A stretch of 63,899 nt of DNA, filler included, from Squatina squatina (lineage: Eukaryota), in assembly GCA_031763465.1 (NCBI GenBank). It is 4 parts of 3 records of this genome, joined end to end, with 100 filler letters (N's around TTAATTAATTAA, not from the genome) between each part and the next. Parts side by side here need not be neighbours in the genome. Positions count along the whole stretch, not along the records: positions 51,328 to 63,899 come from JARFOE010000016.1; 3 more parts are not named here. The stretch is one strand, 5' to 3'. Made by a program: the position numbers and the translations under genes. The notes under the pieces are model-generated. The model was not told where the DNA came from, did not search any database, and saw only the letters and a program-made list of their open reading frames with translations. Positions 62,430 to 63,899 of this stretch are shown piece by piece (the stretch's first letter is position 1; every line of letters begins with the position of its first letter).

Positions 62430-62600
62430 ATCCTGTCATGATCACATTGCTGTTTGTGGGAGCTTGCTGTGCGCAAATTGGCTGCCATGTTTCCTGCATT
62501 ACAGCAAAGTCAACGCTTCAAAAATACTTCATTGGCGGTATAGTACTTTGGGACGTCCTGAGGTCATGAAAGGCGCTATATAAATGCAGGTTTTTATTTT
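62430..62600 (+). mobile_element. Deu-domain SINE 3' half in a MON1A intron
   Basis: atcacattgctgtttgtgggagcttgctgtgcgcaaattggctgcc..gaaaggcgctatataaatgcagg. Confidence 0.88.
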
Positions 62601-62655
62601 TTTAATCTAATTTCGATAACTCGGTATGCAGTGCAGAAATGAACAGGTTTCCTAC

Positions 62656-63421
62656 CTTGTGAACAGCCCCGAGCTTCTCGATTTATAAATGAAATGCCTC
62701 AGGTCTGGTATGCCCACTTGAGAAACACTGTAGGAGGGAGTCCGTAACTCTTCCAGCAATATCTGGAAGGTATTCCGCCTCTTCATGCGCTCCAGAAATT
62801 TTTTCTTACAGTTTGAGATGGTAAAGAAGTGCTCCCGGTCGGTGGAGATGAGGAGCAAGCACAAACTGCTGGCCTGGTCAAGGTAGGAGATGTGGGCATG
62901 AAAGAAAGCACTGGAGTTGAATTTGGGCAGACAGATCGGCGTCCAGACCTCTCCATCGCGGAAGGAGGTGGACGAACTGATGAGGTTGAAGAGAAGGTGG
63001 AGATCGATGGGATGTAGAAATTGGTCCTTTTTCCTCACCAACGTCACCAGTTGGTTCTGGGCCACCAGAATAGAGAAGACGAGACTTTTGTCTTTGGCTT
63101 GCTGGAGGCTGCTGCTGATTACGTCTCTCACAGACGAGGCCAACGGTAGGCATCGCACTGCGCACATTAAGAAGCTGGGATCTTTGTCCATTAGATTGAG
63201 GAGATTATCTGTTATCCTCTCAGACCCCGAGAGCAGCCGGCGGAGATCATAGTTATTCTTCTGCTCGAAGATTCGGTTGAGCTGTGTTAGAGTCAGCAGG
63301 CTGACGATCTGGTAGTAAACGTACAGAAGTTCTTTGGCTACTTCCTGCTCTGATTGGCGGGTCCGAGCGACAGCCACAAGGACCAGGGGGCTTCGGCGGA
63401 TGAAAACCACCTTGTAACCCT
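62656..63421 (-). CDS. MON1A: Vacuolar fusion protein MON1 homolog A, large internal exon
   Basis: ttttgcag acceptor, 766 nt open, GTAGGA donor; [84 protein letters not shown]. Confidence 0.96.
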
Positions 63422-63899
63422 CTGCAAAAGAAATCGTAGACGTAGTCAATCCACTCGGTGTTTTTTTGGGAAGGGCTGATCAAGGCAAGGATTGTCAGTG
63501 TTGGTTGACTGCATAAATATTTAATTTGGATAAAAATGAAAAAGACTGCTCAACAACCTCCAAATCCCTGCTGTGTATGTACTTGCTGTAACTAAAGCCT
63601 ATGGCACTTGTGAAGAGAGGTGGCAGCAGTGGTGTTTCTGCTGTTCTTCAGAAATACAGACAGCAGATCCGACTGCCACTGCCTTTTCTGGTTCCTCTTT
63701 CCCTCACAGATCTACTCCCCATTTAGAGGCTCAATTGGATACTGCATGAGGCACGCTGACAACTTTGGTTAAAGGTTAGGCCACAATTAAGTTCTCGGTG
63801 CTTTACTTTGGGGAAGGGGTCCAGGCCATGGAGAGGATGCAGTATTGATTCATTAAGATGCTACCAGGGATTGAGAGGCTTTCGTTATGGGGCAAGACT

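Noticed and set aside
62829-63252. Alternative-frame and antisense ORFs inside the MON1A exon
   Set aside because: Shadows of a long coding exon with no independent signals.

Overview
This is vertebrate genomic DNA, almost certainly from a cartilaginous fish (shark-type repeats: Deu-domain SINEs, CR1/L2/RTE LINEs, Harbinger-type DNA elements). It is not prokaryotic. The window is a very fragmented, apparently reference-ordered assembly: short contigs are joined by placeholder gaps of about 100 N, and three artificial 44N-TTAATTAATTAA-44N linkers (14270, 33264, 51272) split it into four unrelated scaffolds. Recognisable spliced exons are all on the minus strand: THUMPD1 (two 3' exons), periplakin PPL (first exon with promoter, a spectrin-repeat exon, the SH3 exon), CLEC16A (one internal exon and the last exon), an MST1R/RON-like PSI exon and a large MON1A exon. 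Four of these exons are absent from the supplied ORF track. Most of the rest is decayed transposable elements and non-coding DNA. I found no supportable new biological system. The best leads are modest: nested and paired transposon relics, a palindromic 19-bp minisatellite, a few unassigned exon-like ORFs and conserved gene neighbourhoods. Gene and repeat-family calls rest on recalled similarity to known sequences, not on database searches, and repeat boundaries are approximate.
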